This document shows, in pieces, positions 29,271-38,643 of a DNA stretch of 63,909 nucleotides. Both the position numbers and the translations under genes were made by a program. Numbering within the stretch: position 1 is the first letter of the stretch; every line of letters starts with the position of its first letter. Source of the stretch: Lysobacteraceae bacterium. Its GTDB lineage: Bacteria; Pseudomonadota; Gammaproteobacteria; Xanthomonadales; Xanthomonadaceae. The notes beneath the pieces are model-generated. The model was given only the letters and a program-made list of their open reading frames with translations. It did no database searches and had not been told where the DNA came from. The stretch lies in contig JANOJQ010000114.1 in the NCBI GenBank assembly GCA_031418815.1, forward strand, positions 1 through 63,909. The letters are read 5' to 3'.

Positions 29271-29752
29271 TAGTTGGCGAGGTGGCTTAGGGGGAGGGCG
29301 CGGGGCTGTTTGACGGTGCGCAGGACGAAGCTGGAGTTCACGTCGGCCACGCCGCTGGCGTTGAGCAGGTGGTCGAGCAGGAAGCGCGAGAAGTGGGCCA
29401 GGTCCTGCACCACCACCTGCAGCAGGTAGTCCATGTCGCCGGTGAGTGCGTGGCAGGCCACCACTTCGTCCCAGCCGGCGACGCGCTCGGTGAATTCGGC
29501 GATGGCGTCGGTGTCGTGGCGGGCCAGCTGCACCCGCACGAAAGCCTGCAGGCCCAGGCCGACGCGGGTGGGGTCGATCAGCGCGGCATAGCCCGCCAGC
29601 ACGCCCTCCTGTTCGAGCCGCTGCACCCGGCGCAGGCAGGCCGAAGCCGACAGGCTGACGCGCTCGGCCAGCTCGGCATTGCTGATGCGGCCCTCGCGCT
29701 GGAGGATGTCCAGTAGGGCAAGATCGGTGCGATCCAAGCGGGCAGCGGCCAT
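29270..29752 (-). CDS. Lrp/AsnC family transcriptional regulator
   Basis: LDRTD..LL..LQREGRISNAELAERVSLSASACLRRV; TGDMDYLL; divergent from phhA. Confidence 0.95.
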   Translation of the reverse strand: MAAARLDRTDLALLDILQREGRISNAELAERVSLSASACLRRVQRLEQEGVLAGYAALIDPTRVGLGLQAFVRVQLARHDTDAIAEFTERVAGWDEVVACHALTGDMDYLLQVVVQDLAHFSRFLLDHLLNASGVADVNSSFVLRTVKQPRALPLSHLAN

Positions 29753-29874
29753 ATTCGGCTCCATAAACCTTGATGGCGCAATTATATTGCTGGAAACGGC
29801 TCGGCATGCGCAACAACGCAAGCCCGTTGCGCGACCCGGACGCTAGACTGTCCGCTGTCCCGGAGGCCCCAGCG

Positions 29875-30762
29875 ATGAACCCGCCCCAGCGCGTCGAACA
29901 CCAGATGACCGACAAGGGCTACGTGCCCGTCTACACCACCGGCGTGGTCGAGCAGCCCTGGGCCAGCTACACCGACGAGGACCACGCGGTCTGGGCAACG
30001 CTGTTCGAGCGCCAGCGCCAACTGCTGGTCGGCCGCGCCAGCGACGAGTTCCTGCACCAGCAGCAGGCAATGGGCATGACGCCCGACCGCATCCCGAAGT
30101 TCGCCGACCTCAACCCGGTGCTGCGCGCGGCCACGGGCTGGGAACTGATCGGCGTCGAAGGCCTGCTGCCCGAACTCACCTTCTTCGAACACCTCGCCAA
30201 CCGCCGCTTCCCGGTGACGTGGTGGATCCGCAAGCGCGACCAGCTCGACTACCTCGCCGAGCCCGACCTCTTTCACGACCTGTTCGGCCACGTGCCGCTG
30301 CTGATGAACCCGGTGTTCGCCGACTACATGGCCGCGTACGGGCGCGGCGGTGTCAAGGCGCACGCCATCGGCCCCGAGGCGCTGGTGAACCTGACGCGGC
30401 TCTACTGGTACACGGTGGAGTTCGGCCTGATCCGGCAGCGCGACGGCCTGCGCATCTACGGCAGCGGCATCGTGTCGTCCAAGGGCGAATCGATCCACTG
30501 CCTGGAATCGGCCGCGCCCAACCGCATCGGCTTCGACCTCGAGCGCATCATGCGCACCCGCTACCGCATCGACAGCTACCAGAAAACCTACTTCGTCATC
30601 GACAGCTACGAACAGCTGATGGACGCGACCCGGCCCGACTTCACGCCGATCTACGCGCGCCTAGCCGGCCACGACAGCGTGCCGGCCGGCTCGGTGCAGC
30701 CCGGCGACGCCGTCTTCCAGCGCGGCACCGGCGAGGGCTGGCCCGAAGGCGCCGACGTCTAG
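29875..30762 (+). CDS. phhA: phenylalanine 4-monooxygenase
   Basis: EPDLFHDLFGHVPLL, LYWYTVEFGL, IYGSGIVSSKGE, YRIDSYQKTYFVI. Confidence 0.96.
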   Translation: MNPPQRVEHQMTDKGYVPVYTTGVVEQPWASYTDEDHAVWATLFERQRQLLVGRASDEFLHQQQAMGMTPDRIPKFADLNPVLRAATGWELIGVEGLLPELTFFEHLANRRFPVTWWIRKRDQLDYLAEPDLFHDLFGHVPLLMNPVFADYMAAYGRGGVKAHAIGPEALVNLTRLYWYTVEFGLIRQRDGLRIYGSGIVSSKGESIHCLESAAPNRIGFDLERIMRTRYRIDSYQKTYFVIDSYEQLMDATRPDFTPIYARLAGHDSVPAGSVQPGDAVFQRGTGEGWPEGADV

Positions 30763-31466
30763 CCGGCGACGGCGGAGCCCGCGGCCGGCACCGTGCGGCG
30801 CTTGGGCAGGTACTTGCGGGTCAGGTACACGCCGGCGATGAACGCGACCACCAGCGGCGCCAGCCAGGCCAGGTTGAGCAGGCTCGAGCCGGCCAGGAAC
30901 GGCAGCACCTTGGGCAGGCCGATGGTCAGGAAGGCAATGTGGGTGGCGATGCCGTTGCCCAGCATCGCGCCCAGGTGCTGGCGCAGCGGCCAGCGCGCGT
31001 CGTCGGGCTGGCGGCGCGAGAACCGCCACATGTTCACCGCGCCGATGATGCCGATGCTGGAGAAGGCCACGAAGATCACCTGCATCTGCGTGGTGATGAA
31101 CAGGCCCACGTAGGCGATCGCCAGGCCGCTCACCAGGTTGGCCGCCATCAGCACGCGGTAGACCGGGCCGGTGAAGCGGGACCAGTCGCGCTTGTCCTTC
31201 ACCGCGCGCCAGCTGGTCCACACCGAGGTGGTGGTGATGATGACAAGGTAGGCCAGGAAGCCGCCCGCCACCGGGTTGCGCGCGGCCAGCTGCACCGTCA
31301 GCGGTATCGCCGCAAGCAGCAGGCCCGTCATCGCCAGCAGGTAGAGCTTGCCCGAGAGCCGGTGCACCGGGCTGCCCTTGCGGCTCAGGCCCGAGGTCCA
31401 AAACGTGGCCAGGGCCAGGATGCCCAGGCCGACGTGGACGAAGTAACTCAGGGTGTGCAGGGTCAT
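30759..31466 (-). CDS. His-containing membrane protein (DUF2306-like)
   Basis: About 6 TM segments; HVGLG, KGSPVHRLSGKLY, QHLGAMLG. Confidence 0.7.
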   Translation of the reverse strand: MTLHTLSYFVHVGLGILALATFWTSGLSRKGSPVHRLSGKLYLLAMTGLLLAAIPLTVQLAARNPVAGGFLAYLVIITTTSVWTSWRAVKDKRDWSRFTGPVYRVLMAANLVSGLAIAYVGLFITTQMQVIFVAFSSIGIIGAVNMWRFSRRQPDDARWPLRQHLGAMLGNGIATHIAFLTIGLPKVLPFLAGSSLLNLAWLAPLVVAFIAGVYLTRKYLPKRRTVPAAGSAVAG

Positions 31467-31518
31467 GGCGGTGTCCTCGGGTGTGGCCACAGTGTTGCCG
31501 CGCCGGGGCGGCCGATCA

Positions 31519-31556
31519 GGTGCCGGCGGTCATCGGCGCGCGGTGCCGGAAGTCAC
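31519..31556. promoter_or_regulatory. direct repeat pair, putative response-regulator boxes
   Basis: GGTGCCGGCGGTCAT (31519-31533) and GGTGCCGGAAGTCAC (31542-31556), 23-bp period, between the divergent membrane gene and the kinase. Confidence 0.5.
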
Positions 31557-31608
31557 TTTCTTCGCCGGCGGCCTTGAGCGCGGCCTGCCGCAGGGCCAAG
31601 CTGGCGCC

Positions 31609-32739
31609 ATGAACGATCGCCTCCGTGCCCTGCTCTCGCCGCTCAACTTCGCCGGATACCTGGCCTGGGGCGCCATCGGCTTCGAGATGCTGCTGGCGCA
31701 CCAGCCGGCGGACAACGGCGCGTCCCTGCCCCTGGCCACCGTGGCCGCGCTGCACCTGCTGTTCCTGGCGCTGTTCATGGCGGTGACCTCGGGCCGGCAG
31801 GCCGACCGCACGACGCAGGCGATGGTGCTGGCGCAGGTGGGGCTGGCCTTCGCGCTGATGATGCTGGTGCGCTACACGTCGGTGCCGATCCTGCTGATCC
31901 TGTGCGTGGTGCAGCTGGTGCGGGTGTTCAGTGCGCGCACGTCGGTGTGGATCATCGTGCTGATGAACGTGGCGGTGTATTTCATCTACCGGGAGCTGTG
32001 GCAGCTTCGCTCGCCGACGATCTCCACCCTGATGCACATGAGTTTCCAGGGTTTCGCGGCGCTCACCGCCTGGTTCGCCTTCAGCGCCGAGCGCACCCGC
32101 GACGAACTGGCCGCCACCAACGCCGACCTGCTGGCCACCCGCTCGCTGCTGGCCGAAAGCGCCCGCGATTCCGAACGCCTGCGGCTGTCGCGCGAGCTGC
32201 ACGACGTCGCGGGCCACAAACTCACCGCGCTGAAGATCAACCTGGCCGCGCTGGCGCGCGATGCCCGCTTCGCCACCGACCAGCGCGTCGCGCTGTGCGC
32301 GAGCCTGGCCGACGAACTGCTGGCCGACATCCGCGGCGTGGTCCAGCAGATGCGCCAGGACGAGGGCCTGGACCTGGCCGCCGCCATCACCACGCTGGCG
32401 CGGCCGTTCCCGCGGCCCCGGCTGGAGCTGGAGATCGCCAACAACGTCCGCGTGGCCACCGTGGCGCAGGCGGAGGCCGTGCTGCGCGCGGTGCAGGAAG
32501 GGCTGACCAACGCGGTGAAGCACTCGCAGGCGCACACGCTGTGGGTGGTGCTGCGGCGCGACGGCGACGCGCTGCGGCTCGACATCCGCGACGATGGCCG
32601 CGGCAGCGGACCGCTGCACGCCGGCAACGGCCTGTGCGGCATGCGCGAACGGCTCGAGGCCATCGGCGGCGGGCTCGACATCCAGCGCACCGAAACCGGC
32701 GGCGTCCACCTGCAGGCCTGGCTGCCGGTGGCCGCATGA
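31609..32739 (+). CDS. DesK/NarX-type (HisKA_3) sensor histidine kinase
   Basis: ERLRLSRELHDVAGH, QEGLTNAVKHS, DDGRG, GNGLCGMRER. Confidence 0.93.
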   Translation: MNDRLRALLSPLNFAGYLAWGAIGFEMLLAHQPADNGASLPLATVAALHLLFLALFMAVTSGRQADRTTQAMVLAQVGLAFALMMLVRYTSVPILLILCVVQLVRVFSARTSVWIIVLMNVAVYFIYRELWQLRSPTISTLMHMSFQGFAALTAWFAFSAERTRDELAATNADLLATRSLLAESARDSERLRLSRELHDVAGHKLTALKINLAALARDARFATDQRVALCASLADELLADIRGVVQQMRQDEGLDLAAAITTLARPFPRPRLELEIANNVRVATVAQAEAVLRAVQEGLTNAVKHSQAHTLWVVLRRDGDALRLDIRDDGRGSGPLHAGNGLCGMRERLEAIGGGLDIQRTETGGVHLQAWLPVAA

Positions 32740-33386
32740 CCGGCGCTGCGCGCACACCGCTGCGGCTGGCGCTGGCCGACGACCAGGCCCTGGTGCGCAG
32801 CGGCCTCAAAGCGCTGTTGGCGGGGTTCGACACGCTGCAGGTGGCGCTGGAAGCCAATGACGGCCAGGCCCTGCTGGACGCGCTGGTGGATTGCCGGGTG
32901 GACGTGGTGCTGTCGGACATCCGCATGCCGGGCCTCGACGGTTTCGGCCTGGTGCGCGCCCTGCGCGAACGCGGCGATGCCACGCCGGTGGTCCTGCTGA
33001 CGACGTTCGACGACGCGGCGCTGCCGCTGCGCGCGGCCGAGGCCGGCGCCCAGGGTTTCCTGCTCAAGGACGCGTCGCCCGAAGACCTGCTCGAGGCGAT
33101 CACCCGCGTCGCCGCCGGCGAAACACTGCTGTCGCCGGTGCCCACCGACCCGGTGCGCGCGCGCTACGCCTACCGCGACCAGTCGGCGCCCACCGACACC
33201 TTCAGCGAACGGGAGGTGTCGATCCTGCGCCTGCTGGCGGGCGGCTATTCCAACCGCGAAATCGCCAAGGCCGTGTTCCTGTCCGAAGGCACGGTGAAGA
33301 ACTACGTGTCCGACATCCTCGACAAGCTGGGCACGCGCGACCGCACCCGCGCCGTGCTCAAGGCGATCACGCTGCGCATCATCTGA
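32736..33386 (+). CDS. NarL/LuxR family response regulator
   Basis: ADDQALVR, SDIRMPG, LTTFDD, LLKD, GYSNREIA...GTVKNYVS; ATGA overlap with the kinase. Confidence 0.95.
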   Translation: MTGAARTPLRLALADDQALVRSGLKALLAGFDTLQVALEANDGQALLDALVDCRVDVVLSDIRMPGLDGFGLVRALRERGDATPVVLLTTFDDAALPLRAAEAGAQGFLLKDASPEDLLEAITRVAAGETLLSPVPTDPVRARYAYRDQSAPTDTFSEREVSILRLLAGGYSNREIAKAVFLSEGTVKNYVSDILDKLGTRDRTRAVLKAITLRII

Positions 33387-33395
33387 GCGCGCGGG

Positions 33396-33751
33396 TCAGT
33401 CGGCGGTCCCGTCGCGCGGGGCCAGCGGCGGCGGGAGGGCGGCCGTGTCGTAGTACCAGTCGTTGATTTCGATGCCGTCGCGGACCTCGCCCGGCGCAAG
33501 GGTGAGCGCGAGCAGCGCATGGTCGTCGCAGCCTGCTTCCGCACGCGCCAGGCAGGCGCTGGCGGCGCTCACCAGGCCCGGGTCACCGGCGGTGCCGGTG
33601 TCGTGCGGCCACGCCAGCAGCCACCAGTCGCCGGGCGGCACGTCGAAGGAAAATTCGGCCTGGCCGGTCACGGTGAACACGCACAGCGCGCGGCCGGGGT
33701 CGCGGCTGTCGAGCGCGCAGACGCGCATCGCAGGAAAAAACCGTGTTTCAT
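33396..33751 (-). pseudogene. Cys-containing hypothetical gene whose apparent start (ATG 33751) is out of frame with the body (33396-33728)
   Basis: MKHGFFL start with SD and ATGA overlap is offset -1 from the FPAMRVCA...C...CDDH...INDWYY frame across a T6 run. Confidence 0.5.
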
Positions 33752-35004
33752 CTTCCCTCTCCTTCGCCCCAAATCAACAGCAGGACGGCGGCCGCCGCCA
33801 GCACCGACAAGCCCAGGCCGGCGCCCACGCGCAGCCCGTAGCCGCGGCCGCCGCTTGCCCAGGCCACGGCGGTCTTGGCCAGGCCGCTGGCCAGCAGCAG
33901 TGCGACCACGCCCACGCGCGCCTCGTCCGCGGTAAGCACGCCGCTCCTGAACAGGTTGCCCAGCGTCGCCACGGCGGCGTGCAGTTCGGCCAGCGCCGCC
34001 ACCACGGCCACCGCCATCGCGCCGCGCGGGCCCACCCAGGCATTGAGCGCCGCCGACAGGAACAGCACCGCGGCGATCACCACGGCGAACACCAGCGCAT
34101 GGCGGAACTGGAACATCCTGGTTTCAGACGTCGGCGGCGCCACCGCGTCGGCGCCGTTGCCGCGCAGCCCCAGCAGGCCACCCGCCATCAGCACCGCCGC
34201 CACGGCGGCCAACCCGGGCCACAGTTGCTCCAGCAGTGCCGGCGACACCGCCATCAGGATCGGCACGAACAGGCTCAGCGAGGCCAGGTTGGCCAACATC
34301 GCCGCGCCCACGGCGGGCCGCAGCAGCGCCGGCGCCGCGCGCACCCGCTGGCCAAAGCCCGCCACCGCCGCGGTGGACGACACGTAGCCGGCGAAGAACC
34401 CGGCGATCGCCAGCCCCCAGCGATTGCCGACCACGCGCAGTGCCACGTGGCCCAGCGCGCTGATCGCCATCACCAGCACCACCAGCGTCCACAGCACCGA
34501 CGGGTTGAACACGTCGAAGGGCCCCAGGGTGCGGTCGGGGATCAGCGGCAGCACCACCAGGGCCGAGGCCAGCAGCACGAGGCCGTCGTGCACCTCGCGT
34601 TCGCTCATCCGTTCGCGGGTGAGCCGGTGCAGCGGCGTCTTGGCGTACAGCAGCACCGCCACCACCACGCCCAGGCCGGCCGCCAGCGGCGGCGCGCGCA
34701 TGGCCAGGCCACCCAGCAGGCAGATCGCCACGAGGGCGATTTCGCTGGTCAGCCCCGGGTCGCTGTCGCGGGTCTCGCGATAGCTCAGGGCCACGAACGC
34801 ACCCACCAGGGCCACCGTGACGGCGAAGGCCAGCGGGTCGATCCACAGCGACACGGCCCCGGCCATCGCCGCCAGGGCATGGGTGCGCAGGCCCGCCACG
34901 ATCACCGCGTCGGCCTTGCGCCGCTCGCGCACGGCGCCCACCAGCAGGCCCACGCCCAGGGCGGTGGCGAGGGCCTTGGCGGTTTCGAGGTCGAACGCGG
35001 GCAT
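33748..35004 (-). CDS. MgtC/SapB-DUF4010 membrane protein
   Basis: [10 protein letters not shown]...[19 protein letters not shown]...FNP, GYVSSTA. Confidence 0.88.
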   Translation of the reverse strand: MPAFDLETAKALATALGVGLLVGAVRERRKADAVIVAGLRTHALAAMAGAVSLWIDPLAFAVTVALVGAFVALSYRETRDSDPGLTSEIALVAICLLGGLAMRAPPLAAGLGVVVAVLLYAKTPLHRLTRERMSEREVHDGLVLLASALVVLPLIPDRTLGPFDVFNPSVLWTLVVLVMAISALGHVALRVVGNRWGLAIAGFFAGYVSSTAAVAGFGQRVRAAPALLRPAVGAAMLANLASLSLFVPILMAVSPALLEQLWPGLAAVAAVLMAGGLLGLRGNGADAVAPPTSETRMFQFRHALVFAVVIAAVLFLSAALNAWVGPRGAMAVAVVAALAELHAAVATLGNLFRSGVLTADEARVGVVALLLASGLAKTAVAWASGGRGYGLRVGAGLGLSVLAAAAVLLLIWGEGEGR

Positions 35005-35081
35005 GCCGGGATTCTGACACGGGCTTGCATGGCCGGCGCCAGCCCGGACAATGCCCGCTTCAGCCGCTGCCCGGTCCCGCC

Positions 35082-36119
35082 ATGACGCCGATTTCGCTCA
35101 CCCGCTACCTCATCCAGGAACAGCACGCCGGCCGCATCAACGCCGACCTGCGCCTGCTCATCGAGGTGGTCGCCCGCGCCTGCAAGACCATCTCCATCGC
35201 CGTCGGCAAGGGCGCCCTGGGCGGCGTGCTGGGCGACGCCGGCAGCCCGGGCCAGCAGAGCATGAACATCCAGGGCGAGGCGCAGAAGAAGCTCGACGTG
35301 CTCAGCAACGACATCCTGCTCGAAGCCAACGCCTGGGGCGGCCACCTGGCCGGCCTGGCGTCGGAAGAAATGGACCACAGCCAGCCGATCCCCGACGCCT
35401 TCCAGCGCGGCAATTACCTGCTGCTGTTCGATCCGCTGGACGGCAGCTCCAACATCGACGTCAACATCTCGGTGGGCACCATCTTCTCGGTGCTGCGCTG
35501 CCCGGACGGCGTGACGTCGCCCGGGGATGAGCATTTCCTGCAGCCCGGCACCGCCCAGGTCTGCGCCGGCTACACCACGTACGGCCCGAGCACGATGCTG
35601 GTGCTGACGGTCGGCCACGGCACCCATGCCTTCACGCTCGACCGCGAGGTGGGCAGCTTCGTGATGACCGCGCGCGACATGCAGATCCCGGCGGACACGC
35701 GGGAGTTCGCCATCAACATGTCCAACCAGCGCCACTGGGAGCCGCCGATGCAGGCCTACGTGGGCGAGCTTCTGGCGGGCAAGGAAGGTCCGCGCGGCAA
35801 GGACTTCAACATGCGCTGGGTGGCCAGCATGGTGGCCGACGTGCACCGCATCCTCACCCGCGGCGGCGTGTTCTTCTACCCCATCGACGCCAAGTGCCGC
35901 GCCCAGGGCGGCAAGCTGCGGCTGATGTACGAGGCCAACCCGATGAGCTTCATCGTCGAACAGGCCGGCGGCGCCGCCAGCACCGGCCACCAGCGCATGC
36001 TCGAAGTGCAGCCCTCAGGCCTGCACCAGCGCGTGCCGGTGATGCTGGGTTCGCGCGACGAAGTGGCCGAGGCCGTGCGCCACCACGCCGCCTTCCACGT
36101 CGCCGGGGGCGCCGGGTGA
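35082..36119 (+). CDS. fbp: class 1 fructose-1,6-bisphosphatase
   Basis: [45 protein letters not shown]. Confidence 0.97.
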   Translation: MTPISLTRYLIQEQHAGRINADLRLLIEVVARACKTISIAVGKGALGGVLGDAGSPGQQSMNIQGEAQKKLDVLSNDILLEANAWGGHLAGLASEEMDHSQPIPDAFQRGNYLLLFDPLDGSSNIDVNISVGTIFSVLRCPDGVTSPGDEHFLQPGTAQVCAGYTTYGPSTMLVLTVGHGTHAFTLDREVGSFVMTARDMQIPADTREFAINMSNQRHWEPPMQAYVGELLAGKEGPRGKDFNMRWVASMVADVHRILTRGGVFFYPIDAKCRAQGGKLRLMYEANPMSFIVEQAGGAASTGHQRMLEVQPSGLHQRVPVMLGSRDEVAEAVRHHAAFHVAGGAG

Positions 36120-36823
36120 GCCAGGCCGGCAACGACTTCATCGAGGTCTACGACGGCGCGCTGTCGCGCGAGGCCTGCGCGCAGCTGGTGGCGGCGTTCG
36201 AAGCCAGCGGCGCCGCCGTGCCCGGCCGCATCGGCGGCGGTGTGATGCCCGAACTCAAGGACAGCCGCGACATCCAGATCAGCGGCCAGGCCGAATGGCG
36301 CGAGGCCGAGAACGCGCTCAACAACGCGGTGTTCAGCGGCCTGCTGGCCTACCTGCGCAAGTACCGCTACGCGCTGATCGCGCCGCTGATGCTCCAGGTC
36401 ACCGGCGCCGACGGCAAGCCGCGGCGCATCGCCGCCGAAGACTTCGACGCCATGGACGACGGCGCGCTGGCCAACCTGGTGCGCACGGTGCTGCGCCCGG
36501 GCGCCATCAACCTGCAGCGCTACACCGCGGGCAAGGGCGGCTACCCCTATTGGCACTGCGAACTGTCCCCGCGCGATCCGACGGCGGAGACCCTGCACCG
36601 GCACGTGCTTTGGACCGTCTACCTCAATGATGGCTTCGAGGCCGGCGAAACGGAGTTCTTCCACCAGGAGCGCAAGGTCACGCCGCGCGCGGGCAGCCTG
36701 CTCATCGCGCCCGCCGCCTTCACCCACACCCATCGCGGCAACCGGCCCGAGGGCGGCGACAAGTACATCGCCACCAGCTGGATCCTGTTCCAGCGCGCCG
36801 AAACGCTGTTCGCGGCCCGCTGA
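36116..36823 (+). CDS. 2OG-Fe(II) oxygenase
   Basis: YWHCE (HxE), [25 protein letters not shown]; GTGA overlap with fbp. Confidence 0.88.
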   Translation: MSQAGNDFIEVYDGALSREACAQLVAAFEASGAAVPGRIGGGVMPELKDSRDIQISGQAEWREAENALNNAVFSGLLAYLRKYRYALIAPLMLQVTGADGKPRRIAAEDFDAMDDGALANLVRTVLRPGAINLQRYTAGKGGYPYWHCELSPRDPTAETLHRHVLWTVYLNDGFEAGETEFFHQERKVTPRAGSLLIAPAAFTHTHRGNRPEGGDKYIATSWILFQRAETLFAAR

Positions 36824-36883
36824 GCGCCGGCGCGCAGGCCGGCGCGCCCATCGCGCCCATCGCGCTCGCCGCTTGCGCCGCGG

Positions 36884-37582
36884 TCAGCCCAGCAGTTCGT
36901 CGTAGTCGCCGACCACTTCGGCGTAGCACTCGCAGGACGCCGCTTCCAGCGCCGCGCGGTCGAGCACCTGGACCTTGCCGCGGTGGTAGTGGATGACGCC
37001 CTGCTCCTGGAGCAGGCCGGCGGCGATGGTCACCGCGCTGCGCCGCACGCCCAGCATGTCGGCCAGGAACTGATGGGTGAGCTGCAGTTCGTCACCGGCC
37101 GTGCGGTCGTGGGTCATCAGCAGCCAGCGCGGCAACCGCTGGCTCACTTCGTGGAAGCGCGTGCAGGCGGCCGATTGCGCCAGCTGGGCCAGGATCACGT
37201 AGAGATAGCGCTGCAGCGAACGCTGCAGGGCCGGGCAGTCCCTGAGGCAACGCCGGAAAGGCCGCAGGCCCAGGCGGATCGCCGTCCCGGCGCCCTGCGC
37301 CACGCCGCCCAGGGGCACGGTGTCGACGCCCAGCACCACGGTGGCGCCGAGCATGCCTTCATTGCCGATCAAGCCCATTTCCAGCGGCGGATGGTCCTTG
37401 ACCAGGGCGACGAGGGACACGAAGCCGGTGACCGGGAACCAGACGTTGGCGTGCTTGTGCCCCGGCTCCACCAGCACTTCGCCAAAGGCGATGTCGACCA
37501 GGGTGGCCTCGCTGGCGAACCGCTCGCGCTCCTTGCGGGGCAGCGCGGCAAGTAGTTGGTTCTGCGCTATCGCATTGATCAA
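36884..37582 (-). CDS. Crp/Fnr family transcriptional regulator
   Basis: NQLLAALP, GNEGMLG, RWLL, LTHQFLADMLGVRRSAVT, SCECY. Start (TTG 37582) is uncertain. Confidence 0.9.
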   Translation of the reverse strand: MINAIAQNQLLAALPRKERERFASEATLVDIAFGEVLVEPGHKHANVWFPVTGFVSLVALVKDHPPLEMGLIGNEGMLGATVVLGVDTVPLGGVAQGAGTAIRLGLRPFRRCLRDCPALQRSLQRYLYVILAQLAQSAACTRFHEVSQRLPRWLLMTHDRTAGDELQLTHQFLADMLGVRRSAVTIAAGLLQEQGVIHYHRGKVQVLDRAALEAASCECYAEVVGDYDELLG

Positions 37583-37725
37583 GACCGGGGCCAGGCAGCG
37601 CGAAAATGGCCAAGGCAGGCGGGGGACGGGTGCTGCGCAATCCCCTGCCCGCAGCATGCAGAGCGCGGACATCGCCGTCCGTTCGGTGCAACACCGACGA
37701 GCCCGCCATTGCAGCCACTCCGATC

Positions 37726-38460
37726 CTAGGCGTCGCTGGTGGCGCGCCGCTCGGGCGCCGGCAGCAGGCGGTCGGTTTCGCGCTTCACCACGGCATAGCA
37801 CTCGCAGCTCAACTGCTCCAGGCCCGATCGGTTGAGCACGGTGATCTGGCCGCGCGAGTATTCGATCAGGCCCAGGCGCTGCAGCTTCCCGGCCGCGTCG
37901 GTAACGCCTTCGCGGCGCACGCCCAGCATGTTGGCGATCAGTTCCTGGGTCATCGTCAGGCGATTGCCCGGCAGGCGGTCGAGCGAGAGCAGCAGCCAGC
38001 GGCACAGCTGCTGGTCGATGGAGTGGTGGCGGTTGCACACGGCGGTCTGCGCCATCTGCGTGATCAGGGCCTGGGTATAGCGCAGGATCAGGAACAACAG
38101 TTCGCCGTGGCGGTTGAACTCGTCCTTCAGCCGCTGGCCCTTGAGCCGGTAGGCGGCGCCGGCGCTCTGGACCACGGCGCGGCTGGACGTGCTTTCGCCG
38201 CCCATGAACACCGCCACGCCGACCAGCCCTTCGTTGCCGACCACCGAGATCTCGGCCGAGGCGCCGCTCTCCATCACGTAAAGCAGCGACACGATGCAGT
38301 CGACCGGGAAAAAAACGTGGCTCAGGCTGTCGCCCGCCTCGTACACCACCTCGCCCAGCTTCATCTGCACCAGCTCCAGGTGCGGGAACAGCCGGTCGCG
38401 GATCTCGGGCGAGAGGGCTGCCAGCAAGTGGTTGCTATGGGGCGGGAATCTGGACGTCAT
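37726..38460 (-). CDS. Crp/Fnr family transcriptional regulator
   Basis: NHLLAAL, VGNEG, AVCNRHHSIDQQLCRWLL, MTQELIANMLGVRREGVT, SCECY. Confidence 0.95.
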   Translation of the reverse strand: MTSRFPPHSNHLLAALSPEIRDRLFPHLELVQMKLGEVVYEAGDSLSHVFFPVDCIVSLLYVMESGASAEISVVGNEGLVGVAVFMGGESTSSRAVVQSAGAAYRLKGQRLKDEFNRHGELLFLILRYTQALITQMAQTAVCNRHHSIDQQLCRWLLLSLDRLPGNRLTMTQELIANMLGVRREGVTDAAGKLQRLGLIEYSRGQITVLNRSGLEQLSCECYAVVKRETDRLLPAPERRATSDA

Positions 38461-38643
38461 CGAAGGTCTGGGTCATGGGCTTGAGCGTGGGGTCGCCGGG
38501 CGATGGATTCTAGGCGGCCTGCCGGGCGCGCTACGTACGGTACCGCACGAAGTAAAGCCAGCCGTTCAGCCCGCCAGGCGCGGGCAAGTGCGGCACAATG
38601 CGGCGGTCGCCCGGCCCTGGCCGCGGCGACCCTGGGAGAAAGC

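Noticed and set aside
19607-30762. folE and phhA as a pterin-cofactor cluster
   Set aside because: They are 10 kb apart with unrelated genes between and no phhB; there is no evidence of co-regulation.
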